A DNA stretch of 32,768 bases from Candidatus Microgenomates bacterium (lineage in GTDB: Bacteria > Patescibacteriota > Microgenomatia > Levybacterales > JACOYD01): assembly GCA_016182055.1 (NCBI GenBank), contig JACOYD010000003.1, forward strand, positions 1 through 32,768, in the 5' to 3' direction. A program made the translations under genes and the position numbers. Positions 9,388 to 18,192 of this stretch are shown one piece after another (position 1 is the stretch's first letter; every line of letters begins with the position of its first letter). The notes under the pieces were generated by a model. That model was not told the DNA's origin and did not search any database. It saw nothing but the letters and a program-made list of their open reading frames with translations.

Positions 9388-10137
9388 ATGAAAAAAGCAA
9401 AAATCACTGTTGAGAAAAGAGTATTTTTAGGTAAAAAAGTTAAAAAACTGCGGCGGGAGGGGATTTTGCCTGCCACCATTTACGGCAAGAATGTTAAATC
9501 TATGTCAGTACAACTGCCTGCAAAAGAGTTTGACAGGCTCTATAAAGAAGTGGGGGAAACAGGTCTTGTTGAAGTTTCGCTTGATAAAGAATTACCCCGT
9601 CCGGCTTTTATCAAACATGTACAGCTTGATCCAATATCTTCTTTACCCCTTCACGCCGATTTCTACCAGGTAAATCTAACGGAAAAGGTTAAAGCCATGG
9701 TGCCGGTGGCGGCTCTTGGCGAACCTAAGGCTGTGCTTGATAAAGTGGGAGTTTTATTAACTCCTCTTTCGGAGATTGAGGTTGAGAGTTTGCCAACCGA
9801 TGTTCCGGAAAAAATCGAAGTTGACGTGTCGCACTTAGCACAGGTAGACGAACAAATTAAAGTTTCTGACCTCAAAGTTACATCCGGTGTAGTCGTGTTA
9901 ACGGAGGCAGAACAGATTTTGTTTAAGATAGGATCTCTGGTAACCAAAGAAGCAGAGGAACAGGCCAAAGCCGAAGAAGCCGCCGCAGCCGCTGCCGCAG
10001 CAGAGGCCGGTGTAGCAGCAGGCGAGGCGCCTGTGGAAGGGCAAGCTCCTACTGCTGAAGGAGAAAAACTCGCAACTGCCCAAGCTCCCAAGGAAGCTGA
10101 ACCGCAAAAGGCTCAGCCCGAGGAAAAACCTCAATAA
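9388..10137 (+). CDS. rplY: 50S ribosomal protein L25/Ctc with Ala/Glu-rich tail
   Basis: KKLRREGILPATIYG, HADFYQV, IEVDVSHL. Confidence 0.95.
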   Translation: MKKAKITVEKRVFLGKKVKKLRREGILPATIYGKNVKSMSVQLPAKEFDRLYKEVGETGLVEVSLDKELPRPAFIKHVQLDPISSLPLHADFYQVNLTEKVKAMVPVAALGEPKAVLDKVGVLLTPLSEIEVESLPTDVPEKIEVDVSHLAQVDEQIKVSDLKVTSGVVVLTEAEQILFKIGSLVTKEAEEQAKAEEAAAAAAAAEAGVAAGEAPVEGQAPTAEGEKLATAQAPKEAEPQKAQPEEKPQ

Positions 10138-10168
10138 CCTTTTTATTTTCGTTAGAAAACAAACTTGT

Positions 10169-10546
10169 TTATTTATCCCTTATTACTTTCTCCAATTCTC
10201 TGGCAGGTTCAAAGTTAGGGTCAAGGGTCAGGGTTTTATTTAAATAGTACTTTGCTTCCGAAAGGCGATTGAGCCGATAAGTCAAAACCGCCAGCTCAAA
10301 ATAGGCATCGCGAAAGTCTGGCCGCTTGGCCGCCACCTGCTGCCACCGGGCAATTTGGGCCTCCAGATTCTGTTTTTCCGCCTGCTTCGTCTGTGCTCTC
10401 TGGTAGGTCTGATAAAGATTTTGCCCAAATTTTCCCAGCTGGAAAAGCAGAATAGAGGCTACTATTAGAATAATAAACATTCGCCAGAAGGTTTTTGCGG
10501 TAATTTTGCGGAAAATCTGCGGGAAATATGACTTTAACGCGGCCAT
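10169..10546 (-). CDS. Small membrane-anchored TPR protein
   Basis: N-terminal TM, coiled segment, then PDFRDAYFELA...AKYYLNKTLTLDPNF (TPR). Start overlaps the valS stop. Confidence 0.7.
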   Translation of the reverse strand: MAALKSYFPQIFRKITAKTFWRMFIILIVASILLFQLGKFGQNLYQTYQRAQTKQAEKQNLEAQIARWQQVAAKRPDFRDAYFELAVLTYRLNRLSEAKYYLNKTLTLDPNFEPARELEKVIRDK

Positions 10547-12663
10547 GCCTCTATCATAATTGATTTTTGCTCATGAGACAATAACTGGTACAGCTTTTCG
10601 GTAATAAAGGGCATAAAAGGATGAAGAAGCCGTAACAAAATTAAAAATGAAAAATGAAGAATTAAAAATGAATTTTGGTTAAGGCGGTTTTTGACGTCTT
10701 CGATATATTTGTCGGCAAAGGTGTGCCAGATAAAGTCATAAAGGGTCTCTGCTGCACGGTTAAAGTTATAAGCTTCCAAATCTTTGGTCACTGTTTTAAT
10801 TAATATTTGGGTCTTCCCAACGATCTCTTTATCGTTTTTATGTTGGGCCAGATTGTTTAATTGTTTTATCGTTAGATTGTTTCGGATTTCGGATTTCGGA
10901 TTTAGAGTTTCTCGTTTCATGTCGATGAAACGAGTGATGTTCCACAGTTTATTAGTGAAATTTCTGGCTGCCTGCAGTTTGGGATAAGAGAGGGCCTGAT
11001 CATTACCCAAAGCCGTACCATAAACCAGGGCAAAGCGCACAGCATCAGCGCCATATTGATCAATTAATTCCAGGGGGTTAACCACATTACCCTTGCTTTT
11101 ACTCATCTTTTGTCCCAACGGGTCTCTCACCATGCCGTGCAGAACTACATGCTCAAAAGGGATTTTTTTTGTCGTATAAAGTCCGACCATCACCATTCTG
11201 GCCACCCACCAGCGCAGAATTTCATAGCCTGTTTCCATCACGCTGGTGGGATAAAAATACTCATAATCAGAAAGTTCCTGATTATTTATTTTTGATTTTG
11301 GGCTACTCATCAGAGTGGCGAACGGCCACTGGGCCGAGGAAAACCAGGTGTCAAAAACATCGGAATCCTGCTCCCAATCTTTTCCTGACGGCGCCTCGCC
11401 TTCAGTTACCATCCACCTCCCTGTTTTGGTGTTTCTCCAGGCCGGAATTCGTATTCCCCAGACAATTTGCCGACTGATATTCCAGTCTTTGATGTTTTCC
11501 AGAAATTGAAAATATATCTTTTCAAAACGCCGGGGGAAAATTTTAATTTCCCCTTTTTTAACCGCGTCAATTGCCGGTTTGGCCAACGGTTCCATTTTAA
11601 CAAACCATTGTTCAAGCGGAAGCGGCTCAATAACGGTTTTACACTTATAACAAAGCCCTACTCTATGTTGATAGTTCTCGTCTACCTTTTCCAGCAGTCC
11701 TCTCTTTTTCATTATCTCAACCACCGCAGTTCTAGCCTGTTTAACAGTTAATCCGGCAAACTTGCCTGCTTTGTCATTTAATTTACCGTTAAAATCAATT
11801 ACCTGTCTGGCAGGCAAATTATGTCTTTGGCCGATTTCAAAATCGGTAAAGTCGTGAGCGGGGGTGACTTTAATCACTCCGGTACCAAACTCGGGGTCAA
11901 CCGTTTCATCGGCCACCACTTTAATTTTGGCCGGCCCCAATACTGTTTCTATTTCAATTTCTTTACCAACATATTTTTGATAACGCTTGTCTTGTGGATG
12001 AACAGCTACGCCGGTATCGCCAAACTTGGTTTCCGGCCGCACCGTGGCTAAAACTAGCGGCCCGTATTTAATATAGTAGAGGGGATCTTTTCGTTCCTCA
12101 TAAATTACCTCTAAGTCAGAAAAACTGGTCCCGTCTTTAGTACAATAATTAACCAGACGTTTGGCCCGATAGACCAAGCCATCATCGTACATTTTCTTAA
12201 AGGTTTTATAGACAATTCCGATAATATCCTCGTCCAGAGTAAATTTCATCCGGTTCCAATCCAGAGAAAAACCCAATCGACGCAGTTGACTCTCCATGCC
12301 GCCGCGGTTTTTCTCCACAAAATCCCAAATCATCTGATAGAGCGTCTTTCTATCGTAATCAAAGCGCGATTTGCCTTGCGAGGCCAGATATTTTTCAAAG
12401 ACAAACTGGGTTTCAAAACCGGCATGGTCAGCTCCCGGCAGCCACAGCGTGGGGCTGCCCTTCATGCGATGGTAGCGGATTAAAATATCCTCAATTACAT
12501 ACATGGCATGGCCAAAATGAAGCGGGGCATTGGCGTTGGGGGGAGGAAGAATAATGGAGTAGAGAGAAGCATTTTTCTTCAATTGCGGTTGAAAATATCC
12601 GCTTTCTTCCCACGTCTGATAAATCTTTCCCTCCATTTCCTGATGTTTATAGACCTTATCCAT
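10534..12663 (-). CDS. valS: Valine--tRNA ligase (short, lacking the C-terminal coiled-coil arm)
   Basis: PPPNANAPLHFGHA (HIGH), WLPGADHAG, DWNISRQIVWG, DVFDTWFSS, KMSKSKGN, LLHPFMPFITE. Confidence 0.96.
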   Translation of the reverse strand: MDKVYKHQEMEGKIYQTWEESGYFQPQLKKNASLYSIILPPPNANAPLHFGHAMYVIEDILIRYHRMKGSPTLWLPGADHAGFETQFVFEKYLASQGKSRFDYDRKTLYQMIWDFVEKNRGGMESQLRRLGFSLDWNRMKFTLDEDIIGIVYKTFKKMYDDGLVYRAKRLVNYCTKDGTSFSDLEVIYEERKDPLYYIKYGPLVLATVRPETKFGDTGVAVHPQDKRYQKYVGKEIEIETVLGPAKIKVVADETVDPEFGTGVIKVTPAHDFTDFEIGQRHNLPARQVIDFNGKLNDKAGKFAGLTVKQARTAVVEIMKKRGLLEKVDENYQHRVGLCYKCKTVIEPLPLEQWFVKMEPLAKPAIDAVKKGEIKIFPRRFEKIYFQFLENIKDWNISRQIVWGIRIPAWRNTKTGRWMVTEGEAPSGKDWEQDSDVFDTWFSSAQWPFATLMSSPKSKINNQELSDYEYFYPTSVMETGYEILRWWVARMVMVGLYTTKKIPFEHVVLHGMVRDPLGQKMSKSKGNVVNPLELIDQYGADAVRFALVYGTALGNDQALSYPKLQAARNFTNKLWNITRFIDMKRETLNPKSEIRNNLTIKQLNNLAQHKNDKEIVGKTQILIKTVTKDLEAYNFNRAAETLYDFIWHTFADKYIEDVKNRLNQNSFLILHFSFLILLRLLHPFMPFITEKLYQLLSHEQKSIMIEAWPR
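10637..10671 (-). repeat. 7-bp tandem array x5 inside valS
   Basis: Plus strand aaaatta aaaatga aaaatga agaatta aaaatga; encodes SFLILHFSFLIL. Confidence 0.85.
10879..10911 (-). repeat. 7-bp tandem array x4-5 inside valS
   Basis: gtttcgg atttcgg atttcgg atttaga gtttc; encodes ETLNPKSEIRN. Confidence 0.85.
11275..11302 (-). repeat. Degenerate 7-bp array x4 inside valS
   Basis: ttcctga ttattta tttttga ttttggg; encodes PKSKINNQE. Confidence 0.55.
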
Positions 12664-12670
12664 GGCTCAA

Positions 12671-12748
12671 ATTGTAGCAGAGAGAATGAGGTTATACAAT
12701 GCTCCAAACTTTTGGTATATTGACATGTTTAGTCATGTTTGGTACAAT
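12671..12748. promoter_or_regulatory. Divergent sigma70 promoters for valS and the HTH-PIN pair
   Basis: Minus: TTGTAT-N17-TACAAT, 7 nt before the valS ATG. Plus: TTGACA (12720)-N17-TACAAT (12743), 6 nt before ATG 12755. Direct repeat CATGTTT x2 in the plus-strand spacer. Confidence 0.8.
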
Positions 12749-12754
12749 ATAGTT

Positions 12755-13021
12755 ATGATCGACAGTCAAGTTTTGCCTAAAGCTTATACTCCCGAGCAGG
12801 CGGCAGCCATGCTCCAGCTTAGTAAAAATACCATTTACCAGTTGATTGGCAGAGGAGAAATTGTGGCCAAAAAAATAGGTAAAGTGTACAGAATTCCTCA
12901 AAGTTCGCTTTCTTTTATTTTTTCCGGTTTAGATGAAGATCTTTTAAGAGCACAAAAAGAAGATTTCAAAAACCTGGATAAAATCCAAAGTGCTCTGGCT
13001 AAAGTGAGAAAAAATCCGTGA
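12755..13021 (+). CDS. Excisionase-like (HTH_17/MerR-type) DNA-binding protein, putative antitoxin
   Basis: YTPEQAAAMLQLSKNTIYQLIGRGEIVAKKIGKVYRIP; GTGA overlap with the PIN gene. Start revised to ATG 12755. Confidence 0.8.
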   Translation: MIDSQVLPKAYTPEQAAAMLQLSKNTIYQLIGRGEIVAKKIGKVYRIPQSSLSFIFSGLDEDLLRAQKEDFKNLDKIQSALAKVRKNP

Positions 13022-13443
13022 GTAAAAAAGTTTTTGTTGATTCCGATGTGGTGATTTCTTCTCTACTATCCCAAAAAGGCGCGGCAAACCTTCTTTTAAA
13101 TAAACAAAGAGATAAATTTAGCATTTCCAACATTTCCCAAAAAGAACTAAAGAAAGTAGTTGATAGATTGGGAATAAGTCAGGATAAACTGCAGACTTTA
13201 ATTAGAAAAAGGCTCAAAGTAGTTAAGCTTAGAGAAAATAAAACAAAGATTAAAAGTAATTTTCAAGCCTATTCAACAGATCCTAATGACGCTCATATTG
13301 TGGCCGGGGCTAAAGCTGCCAAAGCTAAGTTTTTATTAACTTATAATCTCAAACATTTTCAAAGACAAAAGATTTATGATGATTTAGGCATTGTAGTTTT
13401 AACTCCGGCCCAATACCTACAGTATTTAAGAAGTTTAGGATAG
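13018..13443 (+). CDS. PIN-domain ribonuclease (VapC-like toxin)
   Basis: VFVDSDVVIS, DPNDAHIVAGA, LLTYNLKHF. Confidence 0.85.
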   Translation: MSKKVFVDSDVVISSLLSQKGAANLLLNKQRDKFSISNISQKELKKVVDRLGISQDKLQTLIRKRLKVVKLRENKTKIKSNFQAYSTDPNDAHIVAGAKAAKAKFLLTYNLKHFQRQKIYDDLGIVVLTPAQYLQYLRSLG

Positions 13444-13485
13444 TTCGCGCTTAATTTAACCCCTTGTGCTATACTAAATTTTGCC

Positions 13486-14703
13486 ATGGAAGATGTTGAT
13501 GAACTTATTTATACCGCTGTTTTTTCTTCAAATAATAATGAAAAACAACAGGCGCGGTTGATTATCAGAAAAAAGGCACAACAGCTTGGTATTTTTACCG
13601 CCTCAATAAATAATCTTTATCGGGCCATTGGCAGGGGAGCTTTGCGTCAGAACGGGACAGGCTTTACTGTGGCCGCAATCAATATTAGAACACTGACATA
13701 TGATACCGCCCGGCTGATTTTTCGCTTGATGACAGAACAGGCCATTGGGGCGGTTATTTTTGAAATTGCCCGCTCCGAGATTGGCTATACCGATCAAAGT
13801 CCGGACGAGTATGCGGTTTCTATTTTGGCAGCAGCGGTAAAAGAAAATTACCAGGGCCCTGTTTTTCTCCAGGGCGATCATTTTCAGGTTAATGAAATAG
13901 AACAGACAAAAAACTTGATCAAACAGGCCTTGAATGCCGGATTTTACAACATCGATATTGACGCATCGGTGCTGGTTAATTTATCTTTGCCCGATTTAGA
14001 CGCCCAGCAGAGGCAAAACTACGAGACAACGGCAGAACTTACTCAATACGTTCGTCAACAACAGTTACAAGGAGTGACCGTTTCCATTGGCGGGGAAATA
14101 GGCCATATTGGCGGGAAAAACAGCACGGTTGCGGATTTTGAAGCCTTTATGAAAGGCTATACCGCCCTGGTGAAAGATAATGGAATTAGCAAAATAAGCG
14201 TGCAGACAGGCACTACTCATGGAGGAGTGCCCCTGCCCGCAGGTATGCTGATTCCCATTACACCGGATTTTACTATACTTCATGATATAGGCTTGGTGGC
14301 CCGGAAGAAATACGGCCTGGGGGGAGCAGTGCAACACGGCGCCTCCACATTGCCAATAGAACACTTTCCCAAATTTGTAGAAGCGCAGACTTTAGAAATT
14401 CATCTGGCCACCGGTTGGCAAAATATTGTTTTTGAAACTATGCCCCAGTCGCTGCGGGAAGAAATTTACCAATGGCTTTTTGATAATCAAAAAGCCGACT
14501 GGCAGGAAGGATGGTCAAAAGAGCAGTTTATCTACAAAACCAGAAAAAAAACTCTCGGGCCTTTCAAGAAAAAACTGTGGAATCTTACAGATGAGGAAAA
14601 GCGGCCAATGTTGCAAAACCTCACCCAGCGGTTTACAGATATTTTTGAAAATCTCGGTCTCTTTAATACTAAAAACACAGTGGCAAAATATATTCATCAA
14701 TAA
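13486..14703 (+). CDS. Class II fructose-bisphosphate aldolase family protein
   Basis: FTVAAINIR, FLQGDHFQ, IGGEIGHIGG, TGTTHGG, AVQHGASTLP, EIHLATG. Confidence 0.85.
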   Translation: MEDVDELIYTAVFSSNNNEKQQARLIIRKKAQQLGIFTASINNLYRAIGRGALRQNGTGFTVAAINIRTLTYDTARLIFRLMTEQAIGAVIFEIARSEIGYTDQSPDEYAVSILAAAVKENYQGPVFLQGDHFQVNEIEQTKNLIKQALNAGFYNIDIDASVLVNLSLPDLDAQQRQNYETTAELTQYVRQQQLQGVTVSIGGEIGHIGGKNSTVADFEAFMKGYTALVKDNGISKISVQTGTTHGGVPLPAGMLIPITPDFTILHDIGLVARKKYGLGGAVQHGASTLPIEHFPKFVEAQTLEIHLATGWQNIVFETMPQSLREEIYQWLFDNQKADWQEGWSKEQFIYKTRKKTLGPFKKKLWNLTDEEKRPMLQNLTQRFTDIFENLGLFNTKNTVAKYIHQ

Positions 14704-14722
14704 GTGTTATACTTTTATTATT

Positions 14723-15790
14723 ATGACTTCCCAGGATATAGAATTTTCCAACGATATTCAAAAGCTGCAAGTAAAAATCCAAGCAGTTTCCCTGCCGCCA
14801 GATCTTCTTGAACGAATGCAGTCGATGATTGACAGGCTCACCCGCATGGCAGCCCATGGCGGCTACTCCAGCGAATACGAGGCGATAAATCGCTATATAG
14901 ACTGGATTGTTAATTTGCCGTGGCAGGGGAGAAGCCAGGACAATTTGGATTTAGTCAATGCCAAAGCGGTGTTGGACAAAAACCATTATGGATTGTCGCA
15001 GATTAAAGACAGAATTTTGGAGTATCTGGCCGTCTTGTCATTACAGTCCAAAACAAGGTCGGACCTTGAAAAAGGGCTTATTAGGGCGCCAATTTTGTGT
15101 CTAGTAGGTTTAGTGGGAACAGGAAAAACCACCCTTGGTTTCTCTATTGCCCAGGCTTTAGGCAGAAAATTTGAGCGGATTCCCTTTGGTGGAATGGGAG
15201 ATAGTTTAACTCTGCGGGGACAGGCCCGGGCTTTTGCCGATGCCGAGCCGGGAGCGGTGATTAAAGCCTTGCGGAGGGCCCAAACCAAAAATCCGGTCAT
15301 TTTGCTTGATGAAATAGACAGGGTGGCCGAAGGTGCGCGATCTGATATTATGGGAGTTTTAATTGAACTTTTGGATCCTGAACAAAACGTCAATTTTATT
15401 GATCACTTCGTTGATTACCCATTTGATCTGTCCGAAGTCCTCTTTGTGGCCACTGCCAATAATACTACCAATATCTCTACCGCTGTTTTGGACAGACTGG
15501 AGCCTTTGCAAATGCCATCATATTCCGATGAAGAGAAAACCACCATTGCCAAGTCTTATGTTTTTCCCAAAGCAGTGGCCGAGGCCGGCCTTGCTCAAGG
15601 GCAGTTAACTATTGCCGATTCGGTCTGGCCGCAAATTGTCCGTCCGCTTGGTTTTGATTCCGGCATCCGAACTTTGGAGCGGACCATCCAGGGAATTTGC
15701 CGCAAGGTGGCGCGGATGATTGTGGAAGGAAAAGGTCAAACCTTTACTATTACACCGGAAAATGTTAAAGAATTCCTGCCAACCTGGTAA
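14723..15790 (+). CDS. LonA-type AAA+ ATPase module without N-terminal or protease domains
   Basis: RYIDWIVNLPW, LDKNHYGL..IKDRILEYLAV, ILCLVGLVGTGKTT, NPVILLDEID, LLDPEQN..FIDHF..PFDLSEVLF.ATAN. Ends at ITPENVKEFL. Start revised to ATG 14723. Confidence 0.85.
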   Translation: MTSQDIEFSNDIQKLQVKIQAVSLPPDLLERMQSMIDRLTRMAAHGGYSSEYEAINRYIDWIVNLPWQGRSQDNLDLVNAKAVLDKNHYGLSQIKDRILEYLAVLSLQSKTRSDLEKGLIRAPILCLVGLVGTGKTTLGFSIAQALGRKFERIPFGGMGDSLTLRGQARAFADAEPGAVIKALRRAQTKNPVILLDEIDRVAEGARSDIMGVLIELLDPEQNVNFIDHFVDYPFDLSEVLFVATANNTTNISTAVLDRLEPLQMPSYSDEEKTTIAKSYVFPKAVAEAGLAQGQLTIADSVWPQIVRPLGFDSGIRTLERTIQGICRKVARMIVEGKGQTFTITPENVKEFLPTW

Positions 15791-15829
15791 CATAATTTTT
15801 ATTATAACTATTATATAATATACTCAAAT

Positions 15830-17482
15830 ATGACTAATTCACTGCGTTTTATTCCCTTAGGCGGAGTGGGAGATGTAACCAAGAACATGTACGTCTATGA
15901 ATACGGCAATGATATTCTGATTATTGACTGCGGTATTGGTTTTCCCCACGAGGAGATGTTTGGGGTAGATCTGCTCATTCCCGATATTTCTTATCTTCTG
16001 GATAAAAAAGATAAAATTCGCGGCATGGTTTTGACTCACGGACACGAAGACCATATAGGTGCTCTTCCTTATATTTTGCCCTCACTTCCTAAAATTCCCA
16101 TCTTTGCCACTAGGCTTACAGCCGGTTTGGCCAATGCCAAGCTGTCCGAGTTTGGACTGGGTACGCCGGTAGCCTCTACTTCATACGGAGGAGACATTCC
16201 ACTGGGACAGTTTAATGTTTCTTTTATCCATGTTTCTCACTCTGTTCCCGATGCGGCCAATATCGCAGTTAAAACTCCGATAGGCAATTTTTTTCATGCC
16301 AGCGATTTTAAGTTTGATTTAACTCCGGTTGACGGCCAGCCCACAGATGTTTTATCCATTGCCGAAATTGGACAAAAGGGGACGATTGGTCTTTTTTCCG
16401 ATTGTCTGCGCAGTGAAACGCAAGGAGTAACTCCTTCGGAGCGAAATATCGAGGAAAGTCTGGCGCAGGAAATTCAGCAGTGCCAGGGTAAATTTATCGT
16501 TACCACTTATTCGTCCAATATCTCGCGTCTTCAGCAGGCAGTTAATGTAGCTTCCCGTTTTAACAGAAAAGTCTGTTTTGTCGGCCGCTCCATGGTGGCG
16601 GCCAAAGAAGTGGCAGTGAAACTGGGATTTTTGACAATTCCCAGGGGACTGGAAGTTAAGCTGGAACAATTAAAACATTATCAAGATAAACAGCTATTAT
16701 GCATCGTGGCCGGCAGTCAGGGACAGGAAAATTCGGCCATGACCAGAATTGCCGCCGGCGATGACAAATTTATCAAAATTACAGACGCAGATGCTATTGT
16801 ATTTTCGGCCGATCCTATTCCCGGCAATGAAAACGCCGTCAATAGCTTAATTGACGCTCTTTCCAAAAAAGGAGCGGAAGTTTTTTATTCGGAAATCAAT
16901 GATTCCTTTCATGTGTCGGGACACGGGGCGGCTGCCGATCTGATGCTGATGATTCAACTGACCAATCCCAAGTTTCTTTTGCCTATCGGCGGCACTTATA
17001 AGCAGATGGTGCAGTATCGCAAACTGGCCACCAGTATGGGATATAAGAAAAACCAGGTTTTTTTGGCAGACGATGGTGATATTTTGGAATTCACTGCTAA
17101 CTCGGCCCGGGTGACAGGCAAAGTGCCGCTGCGCCAGGTTTATGTTGATGACATTGAGGGAGTAGAAATTCATTCGTCAATACTGCGAGACCGGCAGAAA
17201 CTGGCGGAAGATGGAATCATCATAGCCATTGTACAGGTGGATAGAGAAGGCCGGCTTTATAACGATATTGATTTAGTTTCCAGAGGTTTTTTGGATTTTT
17301 CCCAAAACAAAGACGTTTTGCAAAGCATCAAGCAGGAGATACGGCGGACACTTTCCCAACATCAGGGTAAAGTAAAAGAGTGGCATTTACAGAGAAAACT
17401 TATCGAAACGGCTCTGGAGAAGTTTATCCTCAAAAATCTCCGCCGCCGGCCGCTGGTATTATCGATTGTTATTGAGGTATAA
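15830..17482 (+). CDS. rnj: Ribonuclease J
   Basis: IPLGGVGDVTKNM, THGHEDHIGA, SDFKFD, GSQG, PIPGNE, HVSGH. Confidence 0.95.
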   Translation: MTNSLRFIPLGGVGDVTKNMYVYEYGNDILIIDCGIGFPHEEMFGVDLLIPDISYLLDKKDKIRGMVLTHGHEDHIGALPYILPSLPKIPIFATRLTAGLANAKLSEFGLGTPVASTSYGGDIPLGQFNVSFIHVSHSVPDAANIAVKTPIGNFFHASDFKFDLTPVDGQPTDVLSIAEIGQKGTIGLFSDCLRSETQGVTPSERNIEESLAQEIQQCQGKFIVTTYSSNISRLQQAVNVASRFNRKVCFVGRSMVAAKEVAVKLGFLTIPRGLEVKLEQLKHYQDKQLLCIVAGSQGQENSAMTRIAAGDDKFIKITDADAIVFSADPIPGNENAVNSLIDALSKKGAEVFYSEINDSFHVSGHGAAADLMLMIQLTNPKFLLPIGGTYKQMVQYRKLATSMGYKKNQVFLADDGDILEFTANSARVTGKVPLRQVYVDDIEGVEIHSSILRDRQKLAEDGIIIAIVQVDREGRLYNDIDLVSRGFLDFSQNKDVLQSIKQEIRRTLSQHQGKVKEWHLQRKLIETALEKFILKNLRRRPLVLSIVIEV

Positions 17483-17843
17483 ACTCATTGCTTTTTATAC
17501 GAACGTTGCCCGGGCTGACAATAATCAGGTTGCTTTTATAATCTTCTTTGCGTAAATCTTTTAATAATCTTTTGACTTCTTGATTGATAGTAGCGGTTGA
17601 AAGCTCATTTGGAAAACGCAGAATGATAATTCCCTTATGTTTAGGAAAATCCAGGATATTTGCGAAATCTAGGTCTCCGGAAACTATGATTGCTTCTTTC
17701 TGTTGAGCCCAAGCAAAAATTTGCTGATCTTTTTGTCCTCGCAAACCTTCATCTCGCACATCAAAAACAGTAAAACCTAAGTCCTTAAAAACTGAAGCTA
17801 TGGATTTATGAAGGTCTTCATCAATTAAAACTCGAAGATTCAC
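17469..17843 (-). CDS. DUF5615 (Mut7-C-like PIN) putative toxin
   Basis: VLIDEDL...VFDVRDEGLRGQKDQQIF..A....IIVSGDLDF...HKGIIILR; downstream of DUF433. Confidence 0.85.
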   Translation of the reverse strand: MNLRVLIDEDLHKSIASVFKDLGFTVFDVRDEGLRGQKDQQIFAWAQQKEAIIVSGDLDFANILDFPKHKGIIILRFPNELSTATINQEVKRLLKDLRKEDYKSNLIIVSPGNVRIKSNEFIPQ

Positions 17844-18089
17844 TTAAATACCAACAAATACTTTTTCCTGCTCTACTAAACGAGTAGCGTATTTGATGGC
17901 ATTGAGGACATCTTTTTTGGTAACTTGGTACTCTGTTACTACTTCTTCAATCAGCATACCTCCGGCAAGTTTTCCTAAAATTACCTCCACCGGTACTCTG
18001 GTACCTTTAATGACAGGCTTGCCAAATCTAACCTGCTGGTCAACAGTTACTCCTTGGGCAAGTTCATATTTTTTCTTCACCCTTTTCAT
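17844..18089 (-). CDS. DUF433 putative antitoxin
   Basis: VRFGKPVIKGTRVPVEVIL..LAGGM..EEV..EY.VTKKDV..AIKYA. Promoter TTGTAA-N17-TATAAT lies 8 nt upstream. Confidence 0.9.
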   Translation of the reverse strand: MKRVKKKYELAQGVTVDQQVRFGKPVIKGTRVPVEVILGKLAGGMLIEEVVTEYQVTKKDVLNAIKYATRLVEQEKVFVGI

Positions 18090-18192
18090 ACAAAATTATT
18101 ATACCACGGAAATAAATAGTTTACAAAATAAATGTTTATGGATAATTCTTGTCTCTACCTTAGGGGTGGAAAAATAAGATGACAAGGTGGTA

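Noticed and set aside
9945..10134. Ala/Glu/Pro-rich low-complexity tail of L25
   Set aside because: Common in Ctc-type L25; codon-level repetition only.
13635..13665. Possible palindromic insertion in the aldolase (GALRQNGTG)
   Set aside because: The tail resembles the other micro-elements, but there is no convincing stem; cannot be supported without an alignment.
14426..14722. 99-aa N-terminal extension of the Lon-like ORF
   Set aside because: Overlaps the aldolase in another frame; a -10 box and ATG at 14723 give a better start.
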